NCBI GenBank assembly: GCA_963778655.1 | Contig: CAVZVA010000009.1 | Location: 1,498,606-1,562,605, forward strand | Reading direction: 5' to 3' | Length of the DNA stretch: 64,000 nt | DNA from: an uncultured delta proteobacterium | GTDB taxonomy: Bacteria; Myxococcota_A; Polyangia; Polyangiales; JAFGIB01 | Shown here: in pieces, positions 29,172 to 40,727 of the stretch | Numbering within the stretch: the first letter of the stretch is position 1 | Layout: each line of letters starts with the position of its first letter | The notes under the pieces: model-generated | The model's database searches: none | Told to the model about the DNA's origin: nothing | Seen by the model: only the letters and a program-made list of their open reading frames with translations | Program-made: the position numbers and the translations under genes

Positions 29172-30143
29172 GTGCCCAAACGCGTGCTGGTGACCGGCGC
29201 TGCAGGCTTCATCGGCAGCCATGTGATTGAAGCGCTGGCGCGGCGCGGCGACCGTGTGGTGGGGCTGGATGCGTTCGACGACTACTACGCGCAGGAGCTC
29301 AAGCGCCGCAACGTGGCGGAGCTGCGCGCGGCCCTGAGCTCGCCCGAGGCCTTCGAGCTGGTAGAGGGCGACGTGCGCGACCGCGCGCTGTTGCAGCGGC
29401 TGTTCGCGCAGCAGGGCTTCGACGCCGTGGTGCACCTGGCCGCGCTGCCGGGCGTGCGCGCGTCGATCGGCCAGGCAGCGCGCTACTTCGAGGTCAACGT
29501 CGGCGGCACCATAGCGTTGCTCGATGCCGCCGTGGAACGGGATGTGCCTCACTTCGTTCTCGCCTCGACCTCGTCGGCGTACGGCAACAGCAGCCGGCTG
29601 CCGTTCGTGGAGGATGACCCCTGCGACCGCCCGCTCGCGCCCTACCCCGCCAGCAAGCGCAGCGCCGAGCTGCTCGGCCACAGCTATCACAACCTGCACG
29701 GCTTGAGCTTCAGCGCGCTGCGCTTCTTCACCGTGTACGGCCCGCGCAACCGGCCCGACATGATGGCGCACAAGCTGCTCGACAGCATCGCGCACGGGCG
29801 TGAGGTGGCGGTCTACGAGGGCGGCCAGCTCAAGCGCGACTGGACCTACGTCGGCGACATCGTGCAGGGCGTGCTGGCCGCGGTCGACAAGCCGCTGGGC
29901 TACGAGATCATCAACCTCGGCCGCGGCGAGCCGATCTTGCTGGCGGACTTCGTGCGGACAGTCGAGCAGCTCGCCGGCAAGCCAGCGGTCACCCGGGACG
30001 CCCCGATGCCGCTCGCCGACGTGCGCCAGAACGCAGCCGACATCGGCAAGGCTCGCCGCCTGCTCGGCTACGACCCGCAAACCTCGGTGCGCGAAGGCGT
30101 GGAGAAGCTGTGGGCGTGGTACCAGGCGCTGGCCCGTCCGTAA
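29172..30143 (+). CDS. NAD-dependent epimerase (UDP-glucuronate 4-epimerase-like)
   Basis: TGAAGFIGSH, HLAALPGVRAS, YPASKR, LRFFTVYGPRNRPDM. Confidence 0.88.
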   Translation: MPKRVLVTGAAGFIGSHVIEALARRGDRVVGLDAFDDYYAQELKRRNVAELRAALSSPEAFELVEGDVRDRALLQRLFAQQGFDAVVHLAALPGVRASIGQAARYFEVNVGGTIALLDAAVERDVPHFVLASTSSAYGNSSRLPFVEDDPCDRPLAPYPASKRSAELLGHSYHNLHGLSFSALRFFTVYGPRNRPDMMAHKLLDSIAHGREVAVYEGGQLKRDWTYVGDIVQGVLAAVDKPLGYEIINLGRGEPILLADFVRTVEQLAGKPAVTRDAPMPLADVRQNAADIGKARRLLGYDPQTSVREGVEKLWAWYQALARP

Positions 30144-30295
30144 CGCGCCAGCCGCCTCTGCCTTCGAGCGCTCGCCGCCGCCCGGCCGCGCGCGAGAGCC
30201 TCGGGCGCAACCCCCTCGAGGGTGATCGCAGACGCGGACACCGGCTGTAAGCACAAGCATTGTTGGTGCCATTCACGCATGGCATGTTTTCTGCC

Positions 30296-30626
30296 ATGGG
30301 GGGCACCGCTCGCAACTTCCACGTTCCGCTGCCCAAAGAAGTCCACGACGCCCTCCGCGGCGAGGCCGAACGGACCGGCAGACCCGCGACCGCGCTCGCG
30401 CGCGAAGCGATCGAGGCCTTCCTGCGACGCAGGCGCAGGAAGGCGTTGCATGAAGCCATCACTGCCTACGCGAGCTCACGGGCCGGGACTGACGACGACC
30501 TAAGATCCCATGCTTGAGCGCGCCGCGATCGAGCACCTGGTCGACGATGAGGAGCTCGGCACGCTACCAGCTCCGCTGCTGGGTGCGCTGGCCGAGGGGA
30601 TCAAGGCGGCGCTGGACCTGCCGTGA
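30296..30626 (+). pseudogene. Ribbon-helix-helix antitoxin apparently fused to a MazF/PemK C-terminal remnant; frameshift near 30502
   Basis: NFHVPLPKEVHDALRGEAERTGRPATALAREAI (RHH); removing one base gives DLDPMLERAAIEHLVDDEE-LGTLPAPLLGALAEGIKAALDLP*. Confidence 0.6.
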
Positions 30627-30688
30627 GCTCGGTAAGGGCGGGTCGAGATTGCGTAGAAATCACGGTTCCAGAGGGCTAGAGTGAGCAC

Positions 30689-31252
30689 ATGGCCACCGCC
30701 GTGTACGCTCGCCCGCCGCTGACCTACCAGGAGTACCGGCTGCTGCCGGAAGACGGCAAGCGCTACGAGCTGATGGAGGGAGATCTGTTCGTGTCGCCCG
30801 CGCCTTCGCCCTGGCATCAAACCGTTTCCGGCCGGATGCTGCACATGCTCATGACGCAGCTCCAGGACTCGGGCCTTGCCCGAGTCTTTCCGGCGCCGAT
30901 CGACCTGGTGCTGGAGCCCGAGTCGGTGGTGCAGCCGGATCTCGTGCAGGTCGGCAGGGCCCGCAAGCACATCGTGACCGAGCGCGCGATCGAAGGCGCT
31001 CCCGACGTCGTGGTCGAGATCCTCTCCCCGGGCTCGCGCGATCGCGACAAGCACATCAAGCGCCGCCTCTACGAGCGCTTCGCCATCCCCGAGTACTGGG
31101 TCGTCGACCCCGACCTCGGTCGCATCGAGATCTGGCGCATCGAAGCCGGCCGCTACGGCATCCGCGCCCAGCTCGACCGCGCCTCCACGCTCACCTCCCC
31201 CGACTTCCCCGAGCTCTCCATCCCCCTGCTGCCGCTGTTCCAGCAGGCGTGA
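30689..31252 (+). CDS. Uma2-family (PD-(D/E)xK) endonuclease
   Basis: LPEDGKRYELMEG, SPAPSPWHQ, VQPDL, APDVVVEILSPG, IPEYWVVDP. Confidence 0.92.
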   Translation: MATAVYARPPLTYQEYRLLPEDGKRYELMEGDLFVSPAPSPWHQTVSGRMLHMLMTQLQDSGLARVFPAPIDLVLEPESVVQPDLVQVGRARKHIVTERAIEGAPDVVVEILSPGSRDRDKHIKRRLYERFAIPEYWVVDPDLGRIEIWRIEAGRYGIRAQLDRASTLTSPDFPELSIPLLPLFQQA

Positions 31253-31266
31253 AGCGCTGAGAGCAC

Positions 31267-32223
31267 ATGGACCTTCGAGATCGGCGCGTCGTAGTCACGG
31301 GCGGGGCGGGCTTCGTGGGCTCGCACCTGGTCGCTCTTCTTCACCAGCGCGGCTGCGCGGAGGTCTTCGTCCCGCGCAGCCGCGACTACGACTTGGTCGA
31401 GCGCGAGGCGGTGCGCCGGCTCTACCGCGACACGCGCCCGGACCTGGTGGTGCACCTGGCCGCGCGCGTGGGCGGCATCGGGGCCAACCAGCGCAATCCG
31501 GGAGCGTATTTCCACGACAACCTGCAGATGGGCGTGCACGTGCTCGAAGAGGCGCGGCGCGCCGAGATTCCAAAGGTCGTGCTGGCCGGGACCATCTGCT
31601 CCTACCCGAAGTTTGCGCCGGTTCCGTTCCGCGAAGAGACGCTCTGGGATGGCTATCCGGAGGAGACCAACGCGCCCTACGGTATCGCCAAGAAGGCCCT
31701 TCTGGTCATGGCTCAAGCCTACCGCCAGCAGTACGGAACCAACGCGGTCGTGCTGCTGCCGGTGAACCTCTACGGCCCGCGAGACAACTTCGACCTGGAA
31801 AGCAGCCACGTCATCCCGGCCATGATCCGCAAGTGCATCGACGCCAGCGCCGCAGGCCGCGACGAGATCGTCCTGTGGGGAGACGGCACGCCGACCCGCG
31901 AGTTTCTCTACGTCGAAGACTGCGCGCGCGGCTTCGTGCAGGCCGCCGAGCGCTACGACGGCAGCGAGCCCGTCAACCTCGGCGCGGGCTTCGAGATCAG
32001 CATGGCCGAGCTGGCCAGCAAGATCGCCGGGCTCACCGGCTACCAGGGCCGGATCGTCTGGGACCGCAGCCGTCCCAACGGCCAGCCCCGTCGCAGCCTC
32101 GACACCAGTCGCGCCGAACGCTTCTTCGGGTTCAAGGCCAGCACCTCGTTCGAGCAGGGGTTGCGCAAGACGATCGACTGGTACCGCGGGCACAAGGAGA
32201 GCGTGCGTGTCGCCACAAGCTGA
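31267..32223 (+). CDS. fcl: GDP-L-fucose synthase
   Basis: [49 protein letters not shown]. Confidence 0.95.
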   Translation: MDLRDRRVVVTGGAGFVGSHLVALLHQRGCAEVFVPRSRDYDLVEREAVRRLYRDTRPDLVVHLAARVGGIGANQRNPGAYFHDNLQMGVHVLEEARRAEIPKVVLAGTICSYPKFAPVPFREETLWDGYPEETNAPYGIAKKALLVMAQAYRQQYGTNAVVLLPVNLYGPRDNFDLESSHVIPAMIRKCIDASAAGRDEIVLWGDGTPTREFLYVEDCARGFVQAAERYDGSEPVNLGAGFEISMAELASKIAGLTGYQGRIVWDRSRPNGQPRRSLDTSRAERFFGFKASTSFEQGLRKTIDWYRGHKESVRVATS

Positions 32224-33226
32224 CAAGGTCGCGCTGATCACCGGCATCACCGGCCAGGACGGCAGCTACCTGGCCGAGCTGCTGCTCAACAAGGGCTACA
32301 CCGTACACGGCGTGGTGCGCCGGTCGTCGTCGTTCAACACGCAACGCATCGATCACCTGTACGTCGACCCGCACAACACCAAGGCGCGTCTGTTTCTGCA
32401 CCACGGCGATCTCGGCGACGGCTCCGCGCTGGCGCGGCTGCTGCGCGAGCTCGAGCCCGACGAGATCTACAACCTCGGCGCGCAGAGCCACGTTCGCGTC
32501 AGCTTCGACCTTCCCGAATACACCGGCGACGTCAGCGGGCTCGCCAGCGTGCGCCTGCTCGAGGCCATTCGCGACGCGCACATTCGCCCGCGCTACTACC
32601 AGGCGTCTTCCTCCGAGCTGTACGGGGGCCTGGGCAACGCGCCGCAGAACGAGAACACGCCCTTCAATCCCCGCAGCCCGTACGCGGCGGCCAAGGCGTA
32701 CGCGTTCTACATCACCAAGAACTATCGCGAAGCCTACGGGCTGTTCGCGGTCAACGGCATCTTGTTCAACCACGAGAGCCCGCGGCGCGGCGAGACCTTC
32801 GTCACGCGCAAGATCACGCGCGCGATCGCGCGCATGAAGTACGGCCTGCAGGACAAGCTCTTCCTCGGCAATCTCGAGTCCCGCCGCGACTGGGGCTTCG
32901 CCGGCGATTACGTGGAAGCGATGTGGCTGATGCTGCAGGCCAGCGAGCCGGAGGACTACGTGATCGCCATGGGCGAGACCCACACGGTTCGCGAGTTTCT
33001 CGAGGCGGCCGCCGCGGTTGCCGCTGTCAACGTCGACGGGCGCGTCGAGCTCGACCCGCGTTACCTGCGTCCCACCGAGGTGGATCTCCTGCAGGGAGAC
33101 GCGAGCAAGGCGCGCGCCAAGCTCGGCTGGAAGCCCACGGTCGACTTCGAGGGGCTGGTTCGCATGATGGTCGACGCCGATTTGGAGCTCGCCGAGCGCG
33201 AGCACTTCCTCACCCAGCGCAAGTGA
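32207..33226 (+). CDS. gmd: GDP-mannose 4,6-dehydratase
   Basis: [52 protein letters not shown]. Confidence 0.96.
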   Translation: MSPQADKVALITGITGQDGSYLAELLLNKGYTVHGVVRRSSSFNTQRIDHLYVDPHNTKARLFLHHGDLGDGSALARLLRELEPDEIYNLGAQSHVRVSFDLPEYTGDVSGLASVRLLEAIRDAHIRPRYYQASSSELYGGLGNAPQNENTPFNPRSPYAAAKAYAFYITKNYREAYGLFAVNGILFNHESPRRGETFVTRKITRAIARMKYGLQDKLFLGNLESRRDWGFAGDYVEAMWLMLQASEPEDYVIAMGETHTVREFLEAAAAVAAVNVDGRVELDPRYLRPTEVDLLQGDASKARAKLGWKPTVDFEGLVRMMVDADLELAEREHFLTQRK

Positions 33227-33504
33227 GCCGGTCGGGCAACGGGCGCCCGACGCGGTCGCCTGAATGTTCGCGCGAGCGCCACGGCACCGGGCGAGCTCGA
33301 TGGCGCCGTTCGGGCTGACAACGCCTTGACCGGCGTGCGCCCAGAAAGCTGTGGGGGGGTATCGCGGGCGAGAGGGCCGGTAGGCGGCAGGCCCCTGTTC
33401 GCCCACCGTGGCGAGTCGATGTAGTCTCTGAGCTGCGAGCCAGACAGTTCTTCTCCGCCCTTGTACTGCAGGTGTATGCTTCCCGTTTCGCTCGAGGCGC
33501 CGAC

Positions 33505-34386
33505 ATGGGTCTGCTCGACATCGTGCGCTTCGTCGTCACCCATCCGGTGGGCAAGCGTGCTCCGCTGCGTGCGCTCGGCCGGGTCGCTGCGTGGCAAATA
33601 GCAAGTCGCGCGAGTCCCGGAGCCATCGCGGTTCCCTTTATAGGTGGTGCGCGCCTGCTCGTGGAGCGCGGCATGACGGGGGCTACCGGCAACGTCTACG
33701 TCGGGCTGCACGAATTCGAGGGCATGGCATTCGTGCTGCATGCGTTGCGTCCAAGCGATCTGTTTCTCGACGTTGGCGCCAACGTCGGCTCGTATACGGT
33801 GCTCGCCGCCAAGGGCGTCGGCTGCCGCTGCGTCACGGTCGAGCCGATCGCCGCGACGGTACAGAAGCTCCGCGACAATATTGCGCTCAATCACGTCACC
33901 GATCGGGTGGACCTGTATGAGTGCGCGGTCGGGGAGAGCGAAGGCGTCGTTCGCATGACGATGCAAAACGACACGGTCAATCATGTCGTGACGTCGTACG
34001 ACGTTGGCACGGCCGAGGTGCCCTGCCGTACTCTCGATGGGTTGCTCGGCGACCGTGCGCCTCTGTTGTTCAAGATGGACATCGAGGGTCATGAGCTCGC
34101 CGCGTTGCGCGGTGGCCGCGGGCTGTTGTCTAATCCGGCGCTCGCTGGGTGCATCGTCGAAACTCTGGGTGCCGGCGGCAGCGACAACCCGGAGCTAGCG
34201 GAAGTCGCGGTTCTACTCGGAGAGCACGGGTTTCAGCCCGCGTCCTACGACCCATGGCAGCGCAAGCTGATGCCGATCGCGCGGCTCAACCTCGGCGGCA
34301 ATACGCTGTTCGTGCGCGACTGGGAGGCGCTTTCCGCGCGTATTCGTTCTGCGCCGGCGTTCGAGGTTCTTGGGCAACGCTGCTGA
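33505..34386 (+). CDS. FkbM-family methyltransferase
   Basis: FLDVGANVGSY, KMDIEGHE; GMTGATGNVYVGLHEF. Confidence 0.88.
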   Translation: MGLLDIVRFVVTHPVGKRAPLRALGRVAAWQIASRASPGAIAVPFIGGARLLVERGMTGATGNVYVGLHEFEGMAFVLHALRPSDLFLDVGANVGSYTVLAAKGVGCRCVTVEPIAATVQKLRDNIALNHVTDRVDLYECAVGESEGVVRMTMQNDTVNHVVTSYDVGTAEVPCRTLDGLLGDRAPLLFKMDIEGHELAALRGGRGLLSNPALAGCIVETLGAGGSDNPELAEVAVLLGEHGFQPASYDPWQRKLMPIARLNLGGNTLFVRDWEALSARIRSAPAFEVLGQRC

Positions 34387-34445
34387 GTTGGAGCTGCGGC
34401 CACGGCTGTTCGTGACGCGGCCTGCGCTCCCCTGAGGCGTCGTCC

Positions 34446-35795
34446 TCAGCGTGCGAGCCGGCCGGTCAGTGGCGGCTGCGCGTCCACCGTCGTCGGTGCA
34501 CGGCGCCCGGCTGCGCGCCGCGCCTGCCGCAAGATCAGCACCATTGGCACGACGCCGAGCAGGAAGCGATACAGCATCGCCTCGAGCGTCTGCATGACCA
34601 GGTACAGCGAAAGGCTTGCCGCCAGGCAGTAGACCGGAACCCACGCCCCGCGGTTCGTGACCGCCCTTCGCCATGCATAGGCGTAGAACCAGCCCAGCCC
34701 GAACAGCGGGACCAGCATGCCCCAGCTGAACTCGCGCCACATGTCGCCCACGATGCCTGGGGCGGCGCCGATGGCGGCAGTCCATCCCAGGACGTTTCGG
34801 AACGAGTCGACGTCCACACCCAAGTTCTCCTCCAGCACCGGTCGACCGAAGAACCTCGCAGCGTCTTCATATTTCGTCGGCCAGATCTCCTTCGGAATCG
34901 GCCGTACGAACAGCGTCGTGGCGTAGGCCGCGCCCCAGTCGAAGTCGTGGGTCTCGTCGGTCACGATCACCAGCCCGGCGCCGTAGATGAAGTCGTTGCC
35001 GGTTCCGGGCTGGAAGTAAGCGGACGGATCCCGCTCCAGGTCGAGCTCGCCCCAGTAGACCGAGCCCCGGTTGGCCACCAGCGCCAGCATCAGCGTGCCG
35101 AGCAACCCACCGCTGACTACAAGCGTCAACAGCCGGGGTCGCTTGTCCCGGGCCATATAGAACACCATCGCGGGTCCGGCCAGGCCCATGAACGTTGGAC
35201 CTCGCCGTGCGCCGAGCAGGCCGTGGATCAGAAACGGGCTACCAAACGCGAGTGCGATCAGCGCGTCGCGCGTGGTCAAGCGCCGGCCCTGATGGCTGAT
35301 GGTGAACAGAAGCAGCGCGGGCAAGCAGAGCAGCATCAGCTCGCGCACCCAGCCCGACTCGGCAGAGCCTCCACCGTAGGCCCGGCCGTACGCCTCCGAA
35401 AAACCGCCTATGTGGATGATGCCGTAGACGAAGCCCGCAATGCCGGTCACCGCCAGGAAGGTCGAGCCTCGCACGAGCGTCGCGGTGTCGAGCAGGGCGC
35501 CAAGGCGCGGCGCAGGGGCCGCAGGCGGCCGCGCGCCCCGAGATCCCGACAGGAGCCCCGCGCACATCGCGAAAACCCCGGCCAGGTGGACCCACTGGGC
35601 ACGCGCGACGTGCTCGTCCCAGAGATAGCCATAGAACCCATCGGTCGCTTCGAGTTGGAGCGGGGAGTAGAAGTAGTGGAACGCCAGCATCGGGCCGATC
35701 ACCAGGGACGGGTGAAACGTGTCGCGATACCGGGTCAGCGCCACGCCGATGGTCAATGCGATAGTCGCGCCGATCAGCATCGTCGGAGTCAACAT
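34446..35795 (-). CDS. wzy: Polytopic membrane protein, putative Wzy polysaccharide polymerase
   Basis: Many hydrophobic segments, GARRGP and RPIPKEIWPTK motifs, polysaccharide-locus context. Confidence 0.65.
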   Translation of the reverse strand: MLTPTMLIGATIALTIGVALTRYRDTFHPSLVIGPMLAFHYFYSPLQLEATDGFYGYLWDEHVARAQWVHLAGVFAMCAGLLSGSRGARPPAAPAPRLGALLDTATLVRGSTFLAVTGIAGFVYGIIHIGGFSEAYGRAYGGGSAESGWVRELMLLCLPALLLFTISHQGRRLTTRDALIALAFGSPFLIHGLLGARRGPTFMGLAGPAMVFYMARDKRPRLLTLVVSGGLLGTLMLALVANRGSVYWGELDLERDPSAYFQPGTGNDFIYGAGLVIVTDETHDFDWGAAYATTLFVRPIPKEIWPTKYEDAARFFGRPVLEENLGVDVDSFRNVLGWTAAIGAAPGIVGDMWREFSWGMLVPLFGLGWFYAYAWRRAVTNRGAWVPVYCLAASLSLYLVMQTLEAMLYRFLLGVVPMVLILRQARRAAGRRAPTTVDAQPPLTGRLAR

Positions 35796-35931
35796 CGCCA
35801 GCCGCCTTGGTGCGAGCTTGGCTCCGGGAACGCTCCAGGGTGGCATCTCGAGATGGCATGCTGGGCCCGCCTCCCGGCGCAGGGAATGGCGACGCGTTGC
35901 GGCGGCTCTTCCACGATGCGCCTACTTTAGC

Positions 35932-37188
35932 TCAGATTCGGGAGCCTGACGCGACCCGCATGGCATCGTGGGTGGCCGCGAGGAGCCGCTCGCCAAAGTG
36001 GCTCCAGGTCAGCTCCCCAGCGTGCTTGCGCGCCGCTCGCGACATCGATTCGCGCAGCCGCCGATCGGTGATCAGCTGCTCCAAGCGGTCCGCGAGCGCG
36101 CTCGCGTCGCGGACCGGAACGATGAAGCCCTCCTCCCCGTCACGCACCTTGCTACCGGAATTCGGCGTGGTCACGATCGGCAGGCCACAGGCCAGTGCCT
36201 CCAGGTGCACGATCGCGAAGCCCTCCGCCAGCGTGGGCAGCACGAACACGTCTGCTCGCGCGAACTCGTCGCGGACCAGCCCGCGAGGGACCTGGCCGAC
36301 GTAGGTCGGACCCTGGAATTCCGGGCGAGCGATCACGGCCGGGTTGTAGGGGCCGACCACACGGACTTCGCACCGGACTCCACGTGCCTTGAGCAGCCGC
36401 GTGGCTTCCGCGAGATAGTGATTTCCCTTCCTCAAACCCACGCTTCCAACGAACAGGATTCGACCGGGTACGGGTGATGGCGAGACATCGAGCCACTCCG
36501 AGCTCACACCATAGGGAACCAGGGCGGTGCGAGCAGCCGGTCCTGCCAAGGACGCGACGTCCTGCTGGACGAACATGGACGCGCAGATCACCGCGTGCGC
36601 GAGCTTGAAGACCTCGATGTCACGCGCGATGCCCCCTTCCACGATCTCCTCCGGGTCTTGCGGCTCGATTCCAGGGAAGCGGTAGCGCTCTTCGCGCATG
36701 ATGCGGCCGACACTGGGGCAGATCACCTGTTCGTACACCACTGCGAGCCCGGCCTCGGCCGCCGTCCTCATCAAGTCGAGATCGCTGTTGTCGACGCAAT
36801 ACAGGCAATTGGCGCCCGCGAACCCTTCTCGCAAGATGCGGCGCCGCAGTCGCGCGTGGGCCGATACGAGCGCCCGGTGCTGGCCAGCGTTCGGGAATCG
36901 GAGGCGGTCCGCAAGGGCCGCGAGCGTCTCCACCCGCACGCGCTTTGGATCGATGTCCGGCGGCAAGGTTCGCCCGAGCAGCCGCATGAGCACGGGGTTG
37001 CGATACCGCGTGGGCACGAGCCGGCGCGCCAGCGACAACGCGCCGACGCTGGCACAGGCGTCGGTATACAGCGCCTGCAGCGCATTGGCTCTGGCGTAGA
37101 CCGCGGGTACGCCGTAGTGCAGGCGGGCCCCGACCTGTAGCACCAGCACGCGAGGCTCGAATTCGGGACGAGTAGAATTGAGGTGCAT
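35932..37188 (-). CDS. Glycosyltransferase family 4
   Basis: ILFVGSVGLRKG, ADVFVLPTLAEGFAIVHLEALACGLPIV. Confidence 0.9.
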   Translation of the reverse strand: MHLNSTRPEFEPRVLVLQVGARLHYGVPAVYARANALQALYTDACASVGALSLARRLVPTRYRNPVLMRLLGRTLPPDIDPKRVRVETLAALADRLRFPNAGQHRALVSAHARLRRRILREGFAGANCLYCVDNSDLDLMRTAAEAGLAVVYEQVICPSVGRIMREERYRFPGIEPQDPEEIVEGGIARDIEVFKLAHAVICASMFVQQDVASLAGPAARTALVPYGVSSEWLDVSPSPVPGRILFVGSVGLRKGNHYLAEATRLLKARGVRCEVRVVGPYNPAVIARPEFQGPTYVGQVPRGLVRDEFARADVFVLPTLAEGFAIVHLEALACGLPIVTTPNSGSKVRDGEEGFIVPVRDASALADRLEQLITDRRLRESMSRAARKHAGELTWSHFGERLLAATHDAMRVASGSRI

Positions 37189-37469
37189 GACAGTTGATCA
37201 GCGATTAGAACGCCGATGGCACCGCTCCGCGGCAGACGCGGGCCTCTCGGGTGGCCGTTCTCGGGAGCGACCGCCAGCATCGCGCCGGCACTGACGATGA
37301 CCCTACTGCGCACCAAGCTTCGAAGCCCGAGCTCACTCACTACTCCGATCGGGGCAGCGTGCGTGCGGCCCGTGAACGCCAGGATTGCTCGAGCATCAGC
37401 GTGCTCACCGGCCTTCTAGGCCTTTGTCCGAGAAATCGAGGCAGGCTCACCTGCAGGCTACTGCTCGAC

Positions 37470-38363
37470 CTAGGATGCAACGATTGCCGCCCGCGCAGCA
37501 CCGTCGGACTCGACGTCTGCTAGCATGCCCGCCAACGGCCGCCCGGACCAGGCGAGCTTGTATCCCAGGGATGACATCTTCTCGAGCAGGAGCTCGACGC
37601 TCTTTCCCCGTTCGCGCAGCTTGTTGACATGGAGCTCAAGCGATATGTGCGGCTTCAAGTCTCCGATAAATTCCAGCGAGGACATGACCATTTCGAACTC
37701 GAAGCCCTCGATGTCCACCTTGATTAGATCTGGCAGGAAATCATGATCGGCGCAGATCGTAGAAAGTCGATCAACTGTCGCGGAACGCACCTCAAAGTCA
37801 ACGTGGTTCAGAGAGGCGAACTGCTTGGCGCGGTCAACCTCAATCGCGCTCATTGCGTATTCACCACCGTAGCCAGATGAAGCTATGGCGACTGTCCCTG
37901 GAGCGTCCGAGATGCCCCGCGAGTCAATCACCCACGTCGATCCAGGCCGCTGGTTCCGCTCGCGCATTTGGGCCAGAACTTCCAGACTGGGGCTGTCGAA
38001 CTCGATGGAAAGGATATCGCTGTTGGGACGCGAGCACGCGAACAACGCTGAAAAGAACCCGCCAGAGGCCCCAACATCGCACAATCTCGTACGGTCCTCC
38101 GCTAACCTCAAGAACGCCTTCAATTCGCGCCGGCTGCTGGCTTCGAATGCCATCGATCGGAAGACCGAGTTTGCAATAGCATGATCCGGCGCACGCATCT
38201 GGATCCCGTCCGCAATGAACATGGTCCCGTGTCCAAGTCCTTGCTCGGCGCATAGTTGGTAAGAGATGTCGCTCCTGTAGTGGACTGGTAACCGATACAG
38301 GAACCGCGCGAGCCTCCTCGCTGCTGTAGGGAGGCCTCTTGCCAATTCACGCAGAGCACTCAT
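37470..38363 (-). CDS. FkbM-family methyltransferase
   Basis: DVGASGGFFS, PDLIKVDIEGFE, LELH; visibly more AT-rich than its flanks. Confidence 0.8.
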   Translation of the reverse strand: MSALRELARGLPTAARRLARFLYRLPVHYRSDISYQLCAEQGLGHGTMFIADGIQMRAPDHAIANSVFRSMAFEASSRRELKAFLRLAEDRTRLCDVGASGGFFSALFACSRPNSDILSIEFDSPSLEVLAQMRERNQRPGSTWVIDSRGISDAPGTVAIASSGYGGEYAMSAIEVDRAKQFASLNHVDFEVRSATVDRLSTICADHDFLPDLIKVDIEGFEFEMVMSSLEFIGDLKPHISLELHVNKLRERGKSVELLLEKMSSLGYKLAWSGRPLAGMLADVESDGAARAAIVAS

Positions 38364-38650
38364 TCGGCGGAAGTATTGCACCTCGGCGCTGGAGCGGGCA
38401 AGGCTGTGTTGCCAGGGTAGACAACGGACGACGCTCGGCCGCCCCGTATTTCGCCAGAGTTGCTGCAACTCGGAGGCTTGGGCTGGCCCGCAGGTCCGCG
38501 TGAACATCGTCCCCTACCGACAGAGCGCTTGTCCGTCACCGGGGCTATATGCAGGATCCCCGACCTGTCCGCGCCGCTGGCGTCCGCAGGCGAAACGCGG
38601 CGTCGACCCCTGGCGTCCGATTGCGCGACGTGCGTCCACAGGGCCTTCCG

Positions 38651-40576
38651 ATGCCGCGCCCCACCCGCCTGAGCTATCGACCAGACGTGGACGGTCTCCG
38701 CGCCGTCGCCGTGCTCGCGGCGTGTTGTACCACGCCGGCTTGTTGCATGTCTGCGGCGGGTTCGTGGGCGTCGACGTGTTCTTCGTGATCTCGGGCTTCC
38801 TGATCTCGCGCATCCTGCTGGCAGACATCGAGCGGGGGCAGTTCTCCTTGATTCGGTTCTATGTCCGCCGCATCCGCCGGATCATGCGCGCGTTCGGTTT
38901 CATGGCGATTGCGACCTCACTCGCTGCCGTGACGATACTCACACCGCTCGACCTCGAGCAGTTCGGGAAATCGTTGATCGCGGCTGCGTTGTTCTCTTTC
39001 AATATGTGGTTCTGGCAAGGCGCGAACTACTTTGCCGCGTCGTCGCAGACGCAGATCATCCTTCACGCTTGGTCGCTCGCGGTCGAGGATCAGTTCTGCA
39101 TCGTGTGGCCGTTCGTCACGTGGGTGCTTTCGAAGTGCCTCACTCGCATGTGCGTCCAGTTGGTCATCGCCGGTTCGCTGGTCCTTTTGATCGTGTCGCA
39201 GTACGCGGCTCTGTATATGCCGGCAGCCGCGTTCTACGTATTGCTGTCTCGCCATGGGAGCTCGCGTTGGGTGCGCTGTTGGCAAGTCGGTCCGCGCACA
39301 CAGGGCTGGCTCGTCGTTCGTCCGCGAAGCCGAGTCGGTGACGGGGCTACTCCTGGTTCTCGATGCGGTCTTCACCTATGATGCGGCCGCGCCGTTCCAG
39401 GTGCCTTCACGCGCTGGCGCCGACTGTGGGCACGGCAGCTGCTGCTGCACTCTGGCCAGCACACGCGCATCGGCAAGCTCCTCTCGGTAAAGCCGCTGCG
39501 CTTTCGCGGGGTTCGTGTCGTAGCCTTGCGTCTCTGGCGCTGGCCCGTGCTGTCATTGAGCCAGGAATACACGGGGCATGCGCTCGAGCCGGCCGAGACT
39601 GCAACCGCGCTCGTGGCTTGCAGCCCCCTCGCGGTCGTTTCGTGGCGTTTTGTCGGGCAACCGTTCCGTCACGCGCAGGCCGGTCCTGTCGTCCCGACGC
39701 CTTGGCAATCGATGCGCGGTGCGGCGGTCCTCATCACGGTGCTTGTAGCGTCGGGCGCAACCTTCTGCCTCACCCGAGGACTTCCCGCACGCGGACCCTC
39801 GGCTGCCATCGAGGCCGAAGCCGCTGTGCGGGAGGCAGATGACTCCGCGGTGTACCGCGCCCAGTACGAGCTAGGCAGACGCGTGGCAGACATGACCGAG
39901 TGTCGGTCCGGCCGTACATCACCGGGGGTGACCCTTGGGGAGAACTTCCACGCCGGACATCTGGCGCCCGCGCCGGCCGCGCAGATGCGCGCGCCCGGTC
40001 GTTCCCTGCTGACTCTCAACCACGGAGGTTGCCCGCCGGGCATCGGCGAGGATCGGGTCTGTGGTCGCGTCAAGGATCCGACGCACAGAGAGGCAAGTGC
40101 GCGCGCGATGAGTCTCATCCGCGGCTACAAGACCGTGTCCGCGGTCGTTCTGGCGGCACCCTGGTCCAGCTACGCGGAGAGCTCGCTTTCGTCGGGAGAG
40201 GAGGGGCTGCCGACCCATCTGACCGACGATGCGAGCGCCGAGCTCGGCACGCCGACTTCGCGCCACGTACTGCGCGAAGTGTTGGGCCGATCCGTCTCGA
40301 TGCTTCGACATGCTGGGATTGCGCTCTTCATCATGGGCCAGGTATCGGAGTTTGGCGTCGACACTGCCAGATGTGTCACGCACGCGTTGTGGCGCGGCCT
40401 TCCCGAGGACAGATGCTTCGCACCCGCGCGCCGAGTGCGAGGCCGCGCCGGCGAAATTGCGGCCTTTGGATCGGCACTGGTCCCGCCTTGACAGGGTCAC
40501 GCTGGTCAGTCGATCCAGAACGGTGCGGTTCAAAAGCGAGAACGCGGCGTTTGCGCTCGCGACGACATGGCGCTGA
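38651..40576 (+). pseudogene. OafA/YrhL-type acyltransferase (AT3 + SGNH), multiply frameshifted
   Basis: YRPDVDGLRAVAV, GGFVGVDVFFVISGFLI, HAWSLAVEDQF, WELALG, LWRWPV and GENFHAGH (eroded GDSHA) lie in different frames. Confidence 0.8.
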
Positions 40577-40727
40577 GGCCTGGTTGCGGTGCAAGCCATG
40601 CTGACTCGGCGGCATCGGAAGGCGTGCGGGATTCGTCATCACCACGCCGCCAAGGCCACCCGTCCAGTGTGAGGTGCGGGCTCGGTCGGAAGGCGGTCCG
40701 ACTCCAAGCCGACGACGGCGCTCCGTG

